Part shown: piece by piece, positions 45,001 through 55,362 of the stretch | Numbering within the stretch: the stretch's first letter is position 1 | How the letters are laid out: the number at the start of each line of letters is the position of its first letter | DNA from: a virus | DNA: 64,000 nucleotides | IMG/VR virus record: IMGVR_UViG_3300050821_004119 | Coordinates: 6,312-70,311 of that record | Reading direction: 5' to 3' (one strand) | Position numbers and translations under genes: made by a program | Notes under the pieces: model-generated | What the model was told of the DNA's origin: nothing | Seen by the model: only the letters and a program-made list of their open reading frames with translations | Databases searched by the model: none

Positions 45001-47761
45001 AGGTGGCGCGGCTGATCTGAGTTTCCTGACGAACGCTCCTGTTAGTAAGCCTGCTGGTCCTATTGGTCCTACGCTTGCTGCCGCACATCGTATTATTCAA
45101 AAACATGCTGAAAATGTTGCTGTTGTTAATAGTTTCGTTGCGGCGAACCCAGATCTTGCTTCTAGTGGAGGCGGCGGAGGTGGTTACACGCCTGCTGCAA
45201 GCCCTGTAGCTCCTATTGTACAGGCCGCTGCTGGACATGCCGCCACTGTTAAGAGTGTTGTAAATTCTGGAGCATCCGATCAGGAAGTTGCCGATGCAAT
45301 TGCCGCTCTATTTGATCCTTCAAAAAAGGTCAAGAAACATAAGGTTAAGCAGGGAATTGCTGACGGCTTCCTCGAATTAAAATCTCTGTCTATTGCACAG
45401 GTCGAAGAGTCTGCTGCTAAAATTACCGCTGCCTTAGAGAAGGCCGGAGCAAAGATTCACAAGACCTGGATTGATATTCTTGATCTTAAAACGATGAAGG
45501 TTACGCGGGTACATGGCGATTTATCTGCATACAAAGCCGCACTTGGAACAACAACTAAAGATGATTCTGTTCAAATTGCTCATGATTATTTAATGAAAAT
45601 TAAACGCGAAATCGAACATGGTGTTCCGGTCGATACAGATAAGGTGCTCGCAAATATGGCAATCCTGTATTCACATGCGATGTCTGATCATGCGAAGAAC
45701 GTCATTCTACAAATGGGAGATACGATTGCTGCTGCATTCCATAAGGCTGGCGACAAGATTAATCAGGCATTTGAGAAGAAGAAAGCTGCTTTTGATACAA
45801 ATCTCAGAGAAGGTGCAACAACTCGCGCTGGCGATAAGTTCGATCTCCTGCAAGAACAAATGGGCGGTAAGGTTCCTACACTTGGGGAATCTCCTACGAC
45901 TAAAGACTTGACTTCGGTTATTAAAGCTGAAACTGCGGAACGTAATGCTCTTGCTTCTACTCTTCTTAATGAAAAAGATGATGCTAAGGATTTGGCAACG
46001 AAGTATGCTGAACTTACCGCTGAGATTGATAAATTGAACGGCAAGTCTGCATACGAACAGAAAATTCGCCAAGAGAAGAAAGCCGAGCTTGCGGCCCTTC
46101 AACCTGCATATGATGCAGTAACAGCGCGTATCGCGGCCCAACAGGGTGTTGTCGATAATCTTAGTGCTTCTATTTTGAAACAAAATGAGGCGCTTAAAAT
46201 TGCCAAAGACACATGGTCAGGGTTATTTTACAACATTCAACAACATAATGTTTCTACACTGATCGACCAGAATTTCAAGGGTCTTGGTGATCATATTCAG
46301 AATTATTTCCAAAGACAGAATTTGCCAACTGGTTCCGCTGGTAACTCTTGGCGTGGACAACAGGCTAATGATTTTGCTAATCAGTTTATGCAACAATTGA
46401 TGACTGGAATTACTGGAGCGTCTGGAAGCACAAGTATGCTTGAGAAGATTTTTCACGCCGGTACTAAAGGTAATAAGAAAACTGGACAGCCTCCAACACA
46501 AGCTGAAACTCAGTATATTCAAAAAGCAGATGAAGGAAACAAGACTTTATCAAAAATCGAAAAGAACACACAATATTTAAATCCAAGTACCGTTAAATCT
46601 GTTGGTGGTTCCAGTGTTGCCAATGCTAATGGAATACCCATGCCTGTTGCGGTATTTGATCAAAATGGTTCAACTGATGTTGGACAATCACTTCTTGATA
46701 CGCAAAATGCAATATTAAATAATACTGCAAGTGTGACATATGGTGGTGGAACTGCTAGCTCAAATCAAGCATCTGATCAATCTACTGCGCTGACTTCAAT
46801 GCAAAAGTTTCAGCAGGTTGCTAATGATATTTCTACTGGAATGAGTTTATTGAATGGTCTTAAAGCAGGCGGTATTGGTGGAGCATTACAGGCTGGTTCT
46901 GCTGCACAGAGTTTAGCTGGTGCATTTGGTGCCTCAGTTGGAACTAGTAATACGATTGCTTTAATTACAAGTGCACTTGGTTTTCTTGGAATTGGTCCGC
47001 ATACTACACCGGCACAAGCACCTGATATTAACAATCCTCAATATGGTCAGAATACTGCAAATTGGTCTGGTTCACAACAACTTGTTAATGGTCAGCAGAT
47101 TCAACCTAATGCACAGTATTCCTCTTATATGGGTGCTCAAAACGAAGCAACACAGATGTATAATTATGTTTCTAATCCTGCTTCACAAATTGGAATGAAT
47201 CCAGCACAACAACTTGCAATTCAGCAAATGGCAGCACTCTCTAAAAATTCTAAGGGCGTTGACATGGGTGCGGCTGGTCTTGCTATTACTTCAGAACATC
47301 AAGGTGTTTTGACTCTTGCTGATGGACAAAAAATCTCCGTTACAGATTTTGACAACCTATTGAATACTACACAGGGTATGTTATCGCAGTTCCAAAATAA
47401 TGCCCTTCAGCAACAACAGAATGCTGATCGCCTTGCGTCTTCGTTTACCGCGATGTTGTTGAACGGTCCTGCTGGCTTCACTATGCCTGATTTCGTCGGT
47501 GGTGGTTCTGGTCAAGCTGGAATTAATCATGTGATGCCGACTGCATCTGTTGGTAATAACAATTTAAGAACAACACAAAGTACACCAACAACGCAAACTG
47601 TTAATGTTCAGATTATGCCTGGTGCGACGATTCATGGAGCAACAGTTGAAACTGTTCAGACAGCTATCGAAAATAGCATTCCTCAAATAACACAAGCTGT
47701 GAATGCCCAGAACTATGGCGCGGCCAGGTTCTCGGGAAATTACACGAGTAATACGTGGTAG
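42041..47761 (+). CDS. tape measure protein
   Basis: 1906 aa; GSVAGTSMKR, GPVGWI, W-repeat amphipathic region; synteny. Confidence 0.92.
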   Translation: MFERSIGIRLTLLPAFAEATKLILSNIGEINKGLQSINEQGSKINVNGLQTLNKELSSLVGAAGAAKTAIEALNGIKISKSTLSALEIGMTGVAKSAKVAKEAIKETEVQVAQTATVVEAKTAEMTKGFFNLAEEVMFAEKALAKLALFAMPKMTEPIVGMKNLTAHIMLAEQAMRRLDTFVPKNLEDTVMRLNSGLRNMVALSSGAGASPMALGPGPSWSTGSNQYGTRNMSLGAGGTPEEARPWSSVTGDRPNMLGSGNWAGNNITPYGQRNVTPGSSAYESGYGGQSYSGAAGAITPYVQDLGQGRFIPKGVPGRPDYGAMPPAEFGNNVAKFGSAISRFGDQTQSFGWSAIMPAMMAASVAVPAITSQMDLQDLYAVAHEALQASNVRPEHYAANMKGAEDVSTKFGGSLRENISGVYTFISSLPTAIDLNNQKNIDLMNQSYEQITKGGLVGGRSTHPVSQEHAILDILASVSNLGMPMKNAVQLSQSINTLTDVYTNIKNRTSTDFDLLGSSVRNIGAIAHNMGISWEDTMTMVGLLAKGKYRGSVAGTSMKRLFSRQTMDPAQARKVEETVAHFGGNVSMFDHGKVRSPLDWIADVAKFEDQHLKGPQFAKARMQLEGGLSGLYPGAPFGEMVNLSRVMGGSKGFAEFKKSLIGGAPGATDRAAETRDMGGKNIKFESQKIDNTWQLEMAKTFKMMGPDIINVLHSIQDLIKVWDGLSDPVKESTVRIAAFTVALLGITGIAAIFIGNFTKIGGFAISAGGNFIKLSEHLLGCSGAANILKTSLVDKLAASTRGILAPALTAVKTGLMGMVRAFAASDIAIAATELLLGPVGWIILGIGAITGGFALAWSKDWGGIREKVANFPAFLGEIVGHIQVWFGHIPEHLRDAGNKIKEIWTGLWDGVFGIFKNIWQGIKDIISGGFHFPAIHVNWPHPPDWWGKTQEEFRKGQAKGVAAEEKSEGITHATFGTSPMSLLSGGNQGGAADLSFLTNAPVSKPAGPIGPTLAAAHRIIQKHAENVAVVNSFVAANPDLASSGGGGGGYTPAASPVAPIVQAAAGHAATVKSVVNSGASDQEVADAIAALFDPSKKVKKHKVKQGIADGFLELKSLSIAQVEESAAKITAALEKAGAKIHKTWIDILDLKTMKVTRVHGDLSAYKAALGTTTKDDSVQIAHDYLMKIKREIEHGVPVDTDKVLANMAILYSHAMSDHAKNVILQMGDTIAAAFHKAGDKINQAFEKKKAAFDTNLREGATTRAGDKFDLLQEQMGGKVPTLGESPTTKDLTSVIKAETAERNALASTLLNEKDDAKDLATKYAELTAEIDKLNGKSAYEQKIRQEKKAELAALQPAYDAVTARIAAQQGVVDNLSASILKQNEALKIAKDTWSGLFYNIQQHNVSTLIDQNFKGLGDHIQNYFQRQNLPTGSAGNSWRGQQANDFANQFMQQLMTGITGASGSTSMLEKIFHAGTKGNKKTGQPPTQAETQYIQKADEGNKTLSKIEKNTQYLNPSTVKSVGGSSVANANGIPMPVAVFDQNGSTDVGQSLLDTQNAILNNTASVTYGGGTASSNQASDQSTALTSMQKFQQVANDISTGMSLLNGLKAGGIGGALQAGSAAQSLAGAFGASVGTSNTIALITSALGFLGIGPHTTPAQAPDINNPQYGQNTANWSGSQQLVNGQQIQPNAQYSSYMGAQNEATQMYNYVSNPASQIGMNPAQQLAIQQMAALSKNSKGVDMGAAGLAITSEHQGVLTLADGQKISVTDFDNLLNTTQGMLSQFQNNALQQQQNADRLASSFTAMLLNGPAGFTMPDFVGGGSGQAGINHVMPTASVGNNNLRTTQSTPTTQTVNVQIMPGATIHGATVETVQTAIENSIPQITQAVNAQNYGAARFSGNYTSNTW

Positions 47762-47773
47762 ACGGAGATTATT

Positions 47774-48733
47774 ATGGCGTTGAAATTAAGTCCGACATGG
47801 GCCGTGGATGGCGTGGCATTAAGTCGCAACCCTGATTCATTCATTTATCAGTTTGACAAAGCGAACGTTACGTATGAAAAGCAAGCTGCCGGTAATCAAT
47901 TGCGGATTCAAGCGCCGCGTTTAACGACGGCCATAGATGTTACTTTAACATGGAAACTTGCTCCTCGGCGCGTCGTACGTAATATTTTACAGTATTGTAA
48001 CAATTCATATCCGTTACCTGGTTCACCACATACGATCACAATCGACGGTATTCAGCCAGCTCTCGTGCTAAAAGGCTATTTTGATACGCCAAAATTGGAG
48101 ATGTCTAAGGATAATCTCTCGACAAAAACCGGCGAAGGTGGTACACTACAAGACCTGACGATGACGATAAGATCGGACAGCAAGGGCTTCCAGTCTTTGA
48201 ATTTCGTGCCCGTTGGCTCATCCTCGACGCCCGCTCAAGTACAGGGTTCGTTCGGCGGACAGATCGGAAACTACCTGGATTATTTGCCAAAGTGGGATGG
48301 CGCTTCGTACTGGACACAACCGTTTGCCTCCTCTACAACGATGACGGTTTATAATTTAGGGAATCAAGAATGGTTGCCCGTTGTAAAGATTGACGGCCCG
48401 TTCAGCACCTTTAGCATGACGGAACTTAATTCTGATGTTGACGGAACTGGCCTAGGTGTCAAATTCCTGTGGACTGGTTCTCCAATCCTGACCGGACAGG
48501 GTGTATTCTTTAATACGTTTCAAAATCGTTGTTATACGCAAATCGGTTCTAGCTTAACAGAAGTGTTCACCTTTGTTCTTCAGACTGTTTCAGACGGACA
48601 ACCATTTGGTTATTGGCCCGGCATGGTTGTAGGATCAAATTCATTCGTAGTTTCTGCGACTGGTTCGTTTACGAATTTCACTTTGGTGGATTTCTCGAAC
48701 AACAATCAAGAGCGTTTTAGGTATTGGGCTTAA
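47774..48733 (+). CDS. distal tail protein (Dit-like)
   Basis: Follows the tape measure gene; YNLG..PVVKIDGP, G.NSF, RYW C-terminus. Confidence 0.7.
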   Translation: MALKLSPTWAVDGVALSRNPDSFIYQFDKANVTYEKQAAGNQLRIQAPRLTTAIDVTLTWKLAPRRVVRNILQYCNNSYPLPGSPHTITIDGIQPALVLKGYFDTPKLEMSKDNLSTKTGEGGTLQDLTMTIRSDSKGFQSLNFVPVGSSSTPAQVQGSFGGQIGNYLDYLPKWDGASYWTQPFASSTTMTVYNLGNQEWLPVVKIDGPFSTFSMTELNSDVDGTGLGVKFLWTGSPILTGQGVFFNTFQNRCYTQIGSSLTEVFTFVLQTVSDGQPFGYWPGMVVGSNSFVVSATGSFTNFTLVDFSNNNQERFRYWA

Positions 48734-48744
48734 GGAATTTATTT

Positions 48745-51351
48745 ATGCCAACTCCAAATATAGTAAATGCCGTTACGCTTGGAACAGGTTCCGTCGGTGG
48801 AGTTAATGTTTCCTTTGGTGGATGGACAGCACAATTTGAACAGAACATACCGCATCATACTCCTGCTGTTGGTAATCTTGTTATTCTTGTTGGTGGTAGA
48901 GATTTTAATCAAACTACCGGCGGTACAATGGGATCTGGCTGGAATCTGATTAGTTTAAATGGATTAACTCCAGGATCTCCTACACAAGGATGTTCATCTT
49001 ATCGTTACATTTGGTTAATGTGGAAAATTTGGACAAATTCAGACACTGTTGGTGAAACAGCAATGTTTCCATCTACTGGAGCAAATCAATATACTATTTA
49101 TGATATTGCTGCTGGAAGTTTTGATCCTATAAATCCAATTCCACAAACATTAATCCTTGGTAATTCACATCCTCCTTTTGATGACGGTAGAACTAACACT
49201 CCTCCATTTGGTCCTAGTTTTACAACCTGTGCAATTACTCCTAATTCAATTGGAATGTTACCTATATTTGTTGCTCAAGGAACAAATTCATTTTCTCCTG
49301 CTGGTCCCCCAACATGGATGGGAGCAGGAGCAACATTAGATGGTTATTCATTTGTTGCAAACATCGGTGCAAGTACACCTTTGTATCTTTCTACTGCTCA
49401 TGGTGCAATAACTACTGATATAACTACCCCAATTGTTGCTACATTTACTGCAGATGCAAATAATCCTCAAAACAGTAATTGGGACACTATTGTTCTTCTT
49501 GTTGCCTCTGGTCCGCCTCCGACTCCTGTAACTATTCCTTCTAATAATGTTCAAACGCCGACTTTCACAACTCAGGTTTATCGAAATGGGAATTGGATAG
49601 ATATCCGCACTCGTTCTGCTTCTGCTCGTATTGATAAGGGTAAGGCCGGACAAATGACCTTAGTTCTTGATGACAATGCAAATGATCCACAGCGTTCACA
49701 TCTATACGAAGGTGAAAAGGTTCGTGCATATCGCGGTGTTGTCGGTAGCACAAGTACGCGGTCCTGGACGGGTTTTGTCGATGCTCCTACGATTACCGAT
49801 GAAGGCCCTATTTCTCGATCAGTAGTCGTTACAGATTACCTACAGGAATTGAACACGGCTATTCTACTTGACGGACACGTATTCGATAACTACGACCCGA
49901 TGTATGTCTGTGCCTCTGTAATTCAGAACACGATTGACACAGGACAGTATGTGCCTACGGATGATGCAAATAATTCTCTTACAGGTGCAACGACAAATTT
50001 CTCAACTTCAAGTGGAAACAAGATTTGTTATTTTCCTGAATTGTTTAATTTGAACGGCAGTGCGTTCACTCTCGCATCTGGACAACTAGGCTCTTACACA
50101 TCTGGTCCGTTTGCCTATGCCTCGATGTCTGTGCCGATAGCTTCTGGTAACCAGGCATATCTGACCTACACGCTTCCTAATCAGTACCTGATCGCCTCTA
50201 TGACTCAAATCCTGGGTTCTACGATGACGCTGGCGACGAGCAGTGTAATTCCTCCTGCCTCAGGACAGTACGTTGCGGATTATTATAACGGTGTTCTATA
50301 TTTTAATACTGCAAATCAGGGACAAACTCTTTATCTCTCCTCGACGTTCTTTCAATCTCCGATCTGGTCATTCGCACCGGGAACAAAAGCGTTCGACATT
50401 ATCTCTGAAGTAATGGATAAATCGGGTTGCAGATGGGGTGTAGATGCATACGGCAAATTCTGGTCTAAGTTTATTGACTCGACGACCGCACCAAAGCGAA
50501 TATTCAATAGGGCTTCATACATTAATCTGTCGCTACAGATAAATCGTGATCGTCGTAATGTGATCGTAGTTGAAGGATGGAATCCTATTCTTTCACAATT
50601 GATCGTATCTATGGCTGTTAATTATACCGACATCTTCACACCTCCTCCATCTGGTCTCGGTAAGAAACAGATTATGATCGTTCAGGATCAATCCTGGATT
50701 ACCCAGAGTGTTGTTAATCAAGCAGCGTATTATGCTGCACAGCAGATTGGTCGTCGCGGTAAGATTAAAACTGTCAAGATTATTGATGATCCAACTATTA
50801 ATGTTGAAGACTGCGTTGCATTTGTCCCGGCATTTCCAGAACTGACACCGGGAGATTTCTTCTATGTCGATTCAATTGAGTGGACATATGCGATTCCTCA
50901 GGGTGGCGGCATTACCTCTACTGCTACATTAAGCGGTGGTAGTTTACCGGGCCAAGGTATCGTTTACATTAATACGATTAATACTAATGCATATCTCCAG
51001 GCTCTAGGAATAACGAATATTCAGCCTATTAGAGCCTGTTCGCTAACACCGGCTGGCGGAAATTATTACAGTTCTTTTAGTATCGCTGGAGGATTAACGA
51101 TCAACTTTGACGAATCATATAGATCATATGGCGGATTATTTGGGGCATTCCTTAATCTTGAAGTATATGGATCTGATAGTTCATATCAGAAATTCAGTCT
51201 TAGTTCTTCGTATCAGGCTGGCGGAACATATTCGTATCCGATCAGCATGACGAACTTCAATCCTTTCGTGTTTTATGTTTTTAAGCTGTCATACCAGGAT
51301 CCTTTTGGAAACCTCGGGATTTACCGCGACTTCATTTCTGCGTTGCCATAG
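48745..51351 (+). CDS. baseplate hub/tail-tip protein with N-terminal accessory domain
   Basis: Hub-like region (WTGFVD..VTDYL..L) after a ~260-aa beta-rich N-domain. Confidence 0.65.
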   Translation: MPTPNIVNAVTLGTGSVGGVNVSFGGWTAQFEQNIPHHTPAVGNLVILVGGRDFNQTTGGTMGSGWNLISLNGLTPGSPTQGCSSYRYIWLMWKIWTNSDTVGETAMFPSTGANQYTIYDIAAGSFDPINPIPQTLILGNSHPPFDDGRTNTPPFGPSFTTCAITPNSIGMLPIFVAQGTNSFSPAGPPTWMGAGATLDGYSFVANIGASTPLYLSTAHGAITTDITTPIVATFTADANNPQNSNWDTIVLLVASGPPPTPVTIPSNNVQTPTFTTQVYRNGNWIDIRTRSASARIDKGKAGQMTLVLDDNANDPQRSHLYEGEKVRAYRGVVGSTSTRSWTGFVDAPTITDEGPISRSVVVTDYLQELNTAILLDGHVFDNYDPMYVCASVIQNTIDTGQYVPTDDANNSLTGATTNFSTSSGNKICYFPELFNLNGSAFTLASGQLGSYTSGPFAYASMSVPIASGNQAYLTYTLPNQYLIASMTQILGSTMTLATSSVIPPASGQYVADYYNGVLYFNTANQGQTLYLSSTFFQSPIWSFAPGTKAFDIISEVMDKSGCRWGVDAYGKFWSKFIDSTTAPKRIFNRASYINLSLQINRDRRNVIVVEGWNPILSQLIVSMAVNYTDIFTPPPSGLGKKQIMIVQDQSWITQSVVNQAAYYAAQQIGRRGKIKTVKIIDDPTINVEDCVAFVPAFPELTPGDFFYVDSIEWTYAIPQGGGITSTATLSGGSLPGQGIVYINTINTNAYLQALGITNIQPIRACSLTPAGGNYYSSFSIAGGLTINFDESYRSYGGLFGAFLNLEVYGSDSSYQKFSLSSSYQAGGTYSYPISMTNFNPFVFYVFKLSYQDPFGNLGIYRDFISALP

Positions 51352-51360
51352 GAGATTATC

Positions 51361-53715
51361 ATGGGTATATCAAATGCTGATTGGCATCGTAAAAGCCTAC
51401 AAATCACGAATCAAAATCTTCGAGGAACGAATGCATCCTCGGGACGGTCTTCTGTTGGTCCCCGTGGTATTGATAAGGCTATTCAAGTCGGCGGTAAAAC
51501 CGGCGGCGGTATTGGTGTTAATGCAGTTAATACTGATCAATTAGGAAATATTCAAACCTCAACACATTTGAATTTGCAACATTCCATTCTTCCGTTAGTC
51601 TCAGATGCAACGATTGTTATTACCACAACGAATGCAACGCATACGGCTGATATTCAAATCTATGGCGCTGGTGGCGTTGGAACGAATATCTCGATATATC
51701 GACCAGATGGTTCGATAATGCTTTCGCCTCCTGTACTGGCAACGACGCAATCACATGACTTCGGTTCTACTGGCGTGTCCGTTTATATCCAGGTTTATTA
51801 CGACGTTTTTCATGATGCACTTGGTAATGGTAAATTCATTGCGGTTTGGTCTAGTTCTGCATTTACCGCTCCTCAATTAAATGTTGCCTTTCAGGATGCA
51901 AAGGTCCCGTTTCTTGCATCTCCTGGTAACACGAATACACATTTGGCAACCGGAACCGCTGGGACATATACTAATACGACCTTCGGGGCATATGGCACTT
52001 CTGGTGGAGCAGGGACACTTGGACTTACCACTATCGCGGGAGAAACTGGCCCGGCGATTACGCTTGCTTCTGCGGATTCCTCAATAACAATTACTCCGGT
52101 CGTCAATAACATCGACTTCGCAGTTAATCATATTGATGCCTCTAAGGTGACAACAGGCTTACTTGCTCTTGCTCGCGGAGGAACGCATACCGATCTATCA
52201 GCGACAGGCGGAGCACACAAGTTTCTGTCCCAAGCAACAGTCGGTTCTGATATTACAGTCGTACAACCTGCGTTTACGGATATTAGTGGTGTGGCCTCGG
52301 CGGCTCAATTACCTAATCCGACCGCAACAACATTAGGAGGAATAGAGTCTCTTGCTGCCGTTACTTCAAAGTGGATTAACACGATTAGTACTGCTGGAGT
52401 ACCTAGTGCAACACAACCTGCTTTTACGGACATCTCAGGAACCTTAGCTTCCACACAGATGCCTGCCCTTACTGGCGATGTGACTTCTACTATAGATACC
52501 GTTGTTACAACATTGGCGGCTATTCAGGGTGTTCCGATCATATATAATCCTCCATTGTCCCCCGGAGATGTTCTTCAATATAACGGGATTGATTGGGTTC
52601 CTTCGGCTGGTGGGATTATTAATGGTCAGATTTTATTTTTAGATAAGACTGCCGATGGAGTAATTGCGACATATAACAAGATTCAAACGACTCCTGATAC
52701 TTCAGCAGAGGCTTCAAATTCAGCTACTTGTTCTACCTCAAAGACGTTAATACAATCGTACGTAACGGCGATTGGATTTCCTGGAACATCATTAATTCCT
52801 GCTGGTTCCTGGGCACAGAATATGTATACTCAGATTTCTAATGCTTCTGGTACTACGACATTAACATTAGATGTTTATTCCAGAACACAACCTGGGGGAG
52901 TGGAAACATTATTGTTCTCAACAAATCAGGTAATTAGCGGTCTAGGAACTACGGTAAACTTTATTGAATGGCTATCGGTGCAACCGGCCTTTACTGTGAA
53001 TTTCACTGATCGAATCGTGATTAAAGTATCTGGAACCGTCACGGGTTCTAACAAAACTGTATCTGTGTTTACTAATGGAACGACACATTATAGTAATGTT
53101 CAAACTCCTATTACGACTACGAATGCGGTTTCCGCTCACGTTGTTAATACGATTGCAACAGCGACTTATACGGCATTACAGTCAGATGTCGCAAAAATGT
53201 TGCTTTTTACGGACAATGCAGCGATTACAATGACATTGCCACAGGCTGGCTCAAGTGGTAATTTTGCGAACGGTTGGTATACAATTGTTCATAACGCTGG
53301 AAATAATACCCTGACGATTATGCCTACTACATCATTAATTGACGGTGATGGAAGTGTATTGCTCACGGCAAATCAATCTGTTTGGTTAGTGTCCGATGGA
53401 ACAAATTATTGGACGGCTTCTGCTAAACCTCTGTTCGCAGACATTGGCGGAACCTGCGCGGTAAATCAGGGTGGTACTGGTCTTACATCATACACGACCG
53501 GCGACATCCTGTATGCCTCTGGGGCGACGATACTTGCTAAGTTATCCGACGTAGCCGTAGGGTCGGTCCTCGTGTCTGGGGGCGTCGGCGTGGCCCCTAC
53601 GTACTCAACGACACCGGCGGTGTCCGGCGCGAATATCACGGCTTCCACAATTCCTACCACAGCGATGGTAAATATACTTGCTCAAATTGCAGCAGCATGC
53701 TCAATGAGGTTTTGA
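51361..53715 (+). CDS. tail fibre protein
   Basis: Thr/Gly/Ser-rich; LARGGT, QPAFTDISG x2, LTGDVTS, NQGGTG, SDGTNYW fibre motifs. Confidence 0.8.
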   Translation: MGISNADWHRKSLQITNQNLRGTNASSGRSSVGPRGIDKAIQVGGKTGGGIGVNAVNTDQLGNIQTSTHLNLQHSILPLVSDATIVITTTNATHTADIQIYGAGGVGTNISIYRPDGSIMLSPPVLATTQSHDFGSTGVSVYIQVYYDVFHDALGNGKFIAVWSSSAFTAPQLNVAFQDAKVPFLASPGNTNTHLATGTAGTYTNTTFGAYGTSGGAGTLGLTTIAGETGPAITLASADSSITITPVVNNIDFAVNHIDASKVTTGLLALARGGTHTDLSATGGAHKFLSQATVGSDITVVQPAFTDISGVASAAQLPNPTATTLGGIESLAAVTSKWINTISTAGVPSATQPAFTDISGTLASTQMPALTGDVTSTIDTVVTTLAAIQGVPIIYNPPLSPGDVLQYNGIDWVPSAGGIINGQILFLDKTADGVIATYNKIQTTPDTSAEASNSATCSTSKTLIQSYVTAIGFPGTSLIPAGSWAQNMYTQISNASGTTTLTLDVYSRTQPGGVETLLFSTNQVISGLGTTVNFIEWLSVQPAFTVNFTDRIVIKVSGTVTGSNKTVSVFTNGTTHYSNVQTPITTTNAVSAHVVNTIATATYTALQSDVAKMLLFTDNAAITMTLPQAGSSGNFANGWYTIVHNAGNNTLTIMPTTSLIDGDGSVLLTANQSVWLVSDGTNYWTASAKPLFADIGGTCAVNQGGTGLTSYTTGDILYASGATILAKLSDVAVGSVLVSGGVGVAPTYSTTPAVSGANITASTIPTTAMVNILAQIAAACSMRF

Positions 53716-53719
53716 TTCA

Positions 53720-54787
53720 ATGATTCTATTAGACAGTACCCTTAAATCCCTGGAAGTCGTGTTGGCTGGTGCAAAAACCACTACCGATTGTCCTTATGTC
53801 TCATCCTTTATGGACATCAGCCAAAGTACCTTTGGGATGTCAGGAGCTTCGTCTTCTGATGGTACTTCAAATGGCGTGACGACTGTTGCTGTAATTGCTG
53901 CTCCTGCTGCTAGTACAACTAGACAAGTTAAGTATTTCAGTCTATTTAATGCCGATACGGCGGCGGTTACGCCTACGATTCGTTACAATGACAACGCAAC
54001 GATCAGAAAGATTATAACTGTTACATTGCAGGTCGGGGAACGTCTTGATTTTATTTGTGAAAAGGGCTGGACAACATTCGATAACGTAGGGAATGTGAAA
54101 CAATCTTTTAGCTATCCGACCGAACCTGTTAATACGGTTCTAGCTGGACCTTCTTCTGGTAGTGCGGCTGTTCCGACGTTTCGATCACTGGTGTTAGCTG
54201 ATCTTCCCGAGGCGACAACAGGAGCTGTTTTATATTCACAAGGCGTGAGTACTCCTTCGATCTATACGACTACCCCAACAATATCAGGAGTTACCTTACA
54301 ACCTTCAGCTACAGGTTCATATCCAAGTATTGATACTGGATCAAATCCACTAATTTTTACTAACTCTTCCAATGTTAATGTTAATTATGGAAATGGTCAT
54401 ATGGGGCAATTTAAGGTATGGGATGGAGGTACTGTTAATAATGTTCTTATAACTCCGACTTCATTTGGTTTCTCCGGTGGCACCAGTTCTTTTCAAGACA
54501 AGACAGTACAAATAAACACAGGTTTTATACCTCCATCATTTTTGGCTAACGGTGGTCTAACTGCAAGTACTATTCATATTGTTAATGATACAATCACGGC
54601 TCCTGCTGGCGTAACGACAACAGTAACTTTTAGTGGCAATGCAATATTTGCAAACACGCAATATAATATATTAATTACGAATGAAACAACATTTGCAACA
54701 ATCACACCGGCTACTAAATTGACAACTGGATTTACTTTTCCTTCAGTTGCTTCAACTGTTTACACATTCACATGTATAGGGGCTTAA
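53720..54787 (+). CDS. tail fibre/receptor-binding protein
   Basis: NTVLAGPSSGSAAVPTFRSLV..DLP fibre motif. Confidence 0.7.
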   Translation: MILLDSTLKSLEVVLAGAKTTTDCPYVSSFMDISQSTFGMSGASSSDGTSNGVTTVAVIAAPAASTTRQVKYFSLFNADTAAVTPTIRYNDNATIRKIITVTLQVGERLDFICEKGWTTFDNVGNVKQSFSYPTEPVNTVLAGPSSGSAAVPTFRSLVLADLPEATTGAVLYSQGVSTPSIYTTTPTISGVTLQPSATGSYPSIDTGSNPLIFTNSSNVNVNYGNGHMGQFKVWDGGTVNNVLITPTSFGFSGGTSSFQDKTVQINTGFIPPSFLANGGLTASTIHIVNDTITAPAGVTTTVTFSGNAIFANTQYNILITNETTFATITPATKLTTGFTFPSVASTVYTFTCIGA

Positions 54788-54788
54788 T

Positions 54789-54983
54789 ATGGATAACGCA
54801 CCAACTTCCGAACAAACTGCACAGGCTGAGGCTATTATCACCAGGTTGAATACACCAACTACACCTAATGCTGCTCAAATTGCTATGACTGCCTACCAAG
54901 CCGCCTACGCGTCCAAGGACGTTACTGCCCTAGCCCAGGCCATCGCCGACCTTATCGCTGCGGGATCAGGTATCCCATTGTAA
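54789..54983 (+). CDS. small protein (possible fibre chaperone)
   Basis: 64 aa, directly after the fibre gene. Confidence 0.55.
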   Translation: MDNAPTSEQTAQAEAIITRLNTPTTPNAAQIAMTAYQAAYASKDVTALAQAIADLIAAGSGIPL

Positions 54984-55062
54984 GGTCACATTCCTGAGAT
55001 ACTCCCAATATTTCAGGAATGTTTTCGGCCTATTTTATACCTACGTGGAGATATTTTTAATC

Positions 55063-55362
55063 ATGAGAAATCCAATATTAATTGGTTCAATGCTTCCGCT
55101 TGCTAATCTAGGCTTCGCGACCTCGGTTGTGAACCCGATTGCACAGTTTGGAACGAACCTGACCCAGCCTGAGGCACAAGTTTTATCCTCGCTTATTACG
55201 ATTTGCGGTTCTTTCGGTGTAGCCCTGTTTATGTGGTTCCTGAATAACAACAAGAATAATCCTAATAAGAACAGAGAAGTCGTTACGTACAGTCGTACTT
55301 CTCCTACGCCGCAACCCACTGAAATTATCAGTGATGTGAAAAAGGAAGTAAACAATTTATGA
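55063..55362 (+). CDS. holin-like membrane protein
   Basis: Hydrophobic segments; overlaps the endolysin start. Confidence 0.5.
   Translation: MRNPILIGSMLPLANLGFATSVVNPIAQFGTNLTQPEAQVLSSLITICGSFGVALFMWFLNNNKNNPNKNREVVTYSRTSPTPQPTEIISDVKKEVNNL

Noticed and set aside
51361-54787. Diversity-generating retroelement target in the fibre genes
   Set aside because: No reverse transcriptase or adenine-variant TR/VR pair is seen; the QPAFTDISG repeats differ at synonymous positions.
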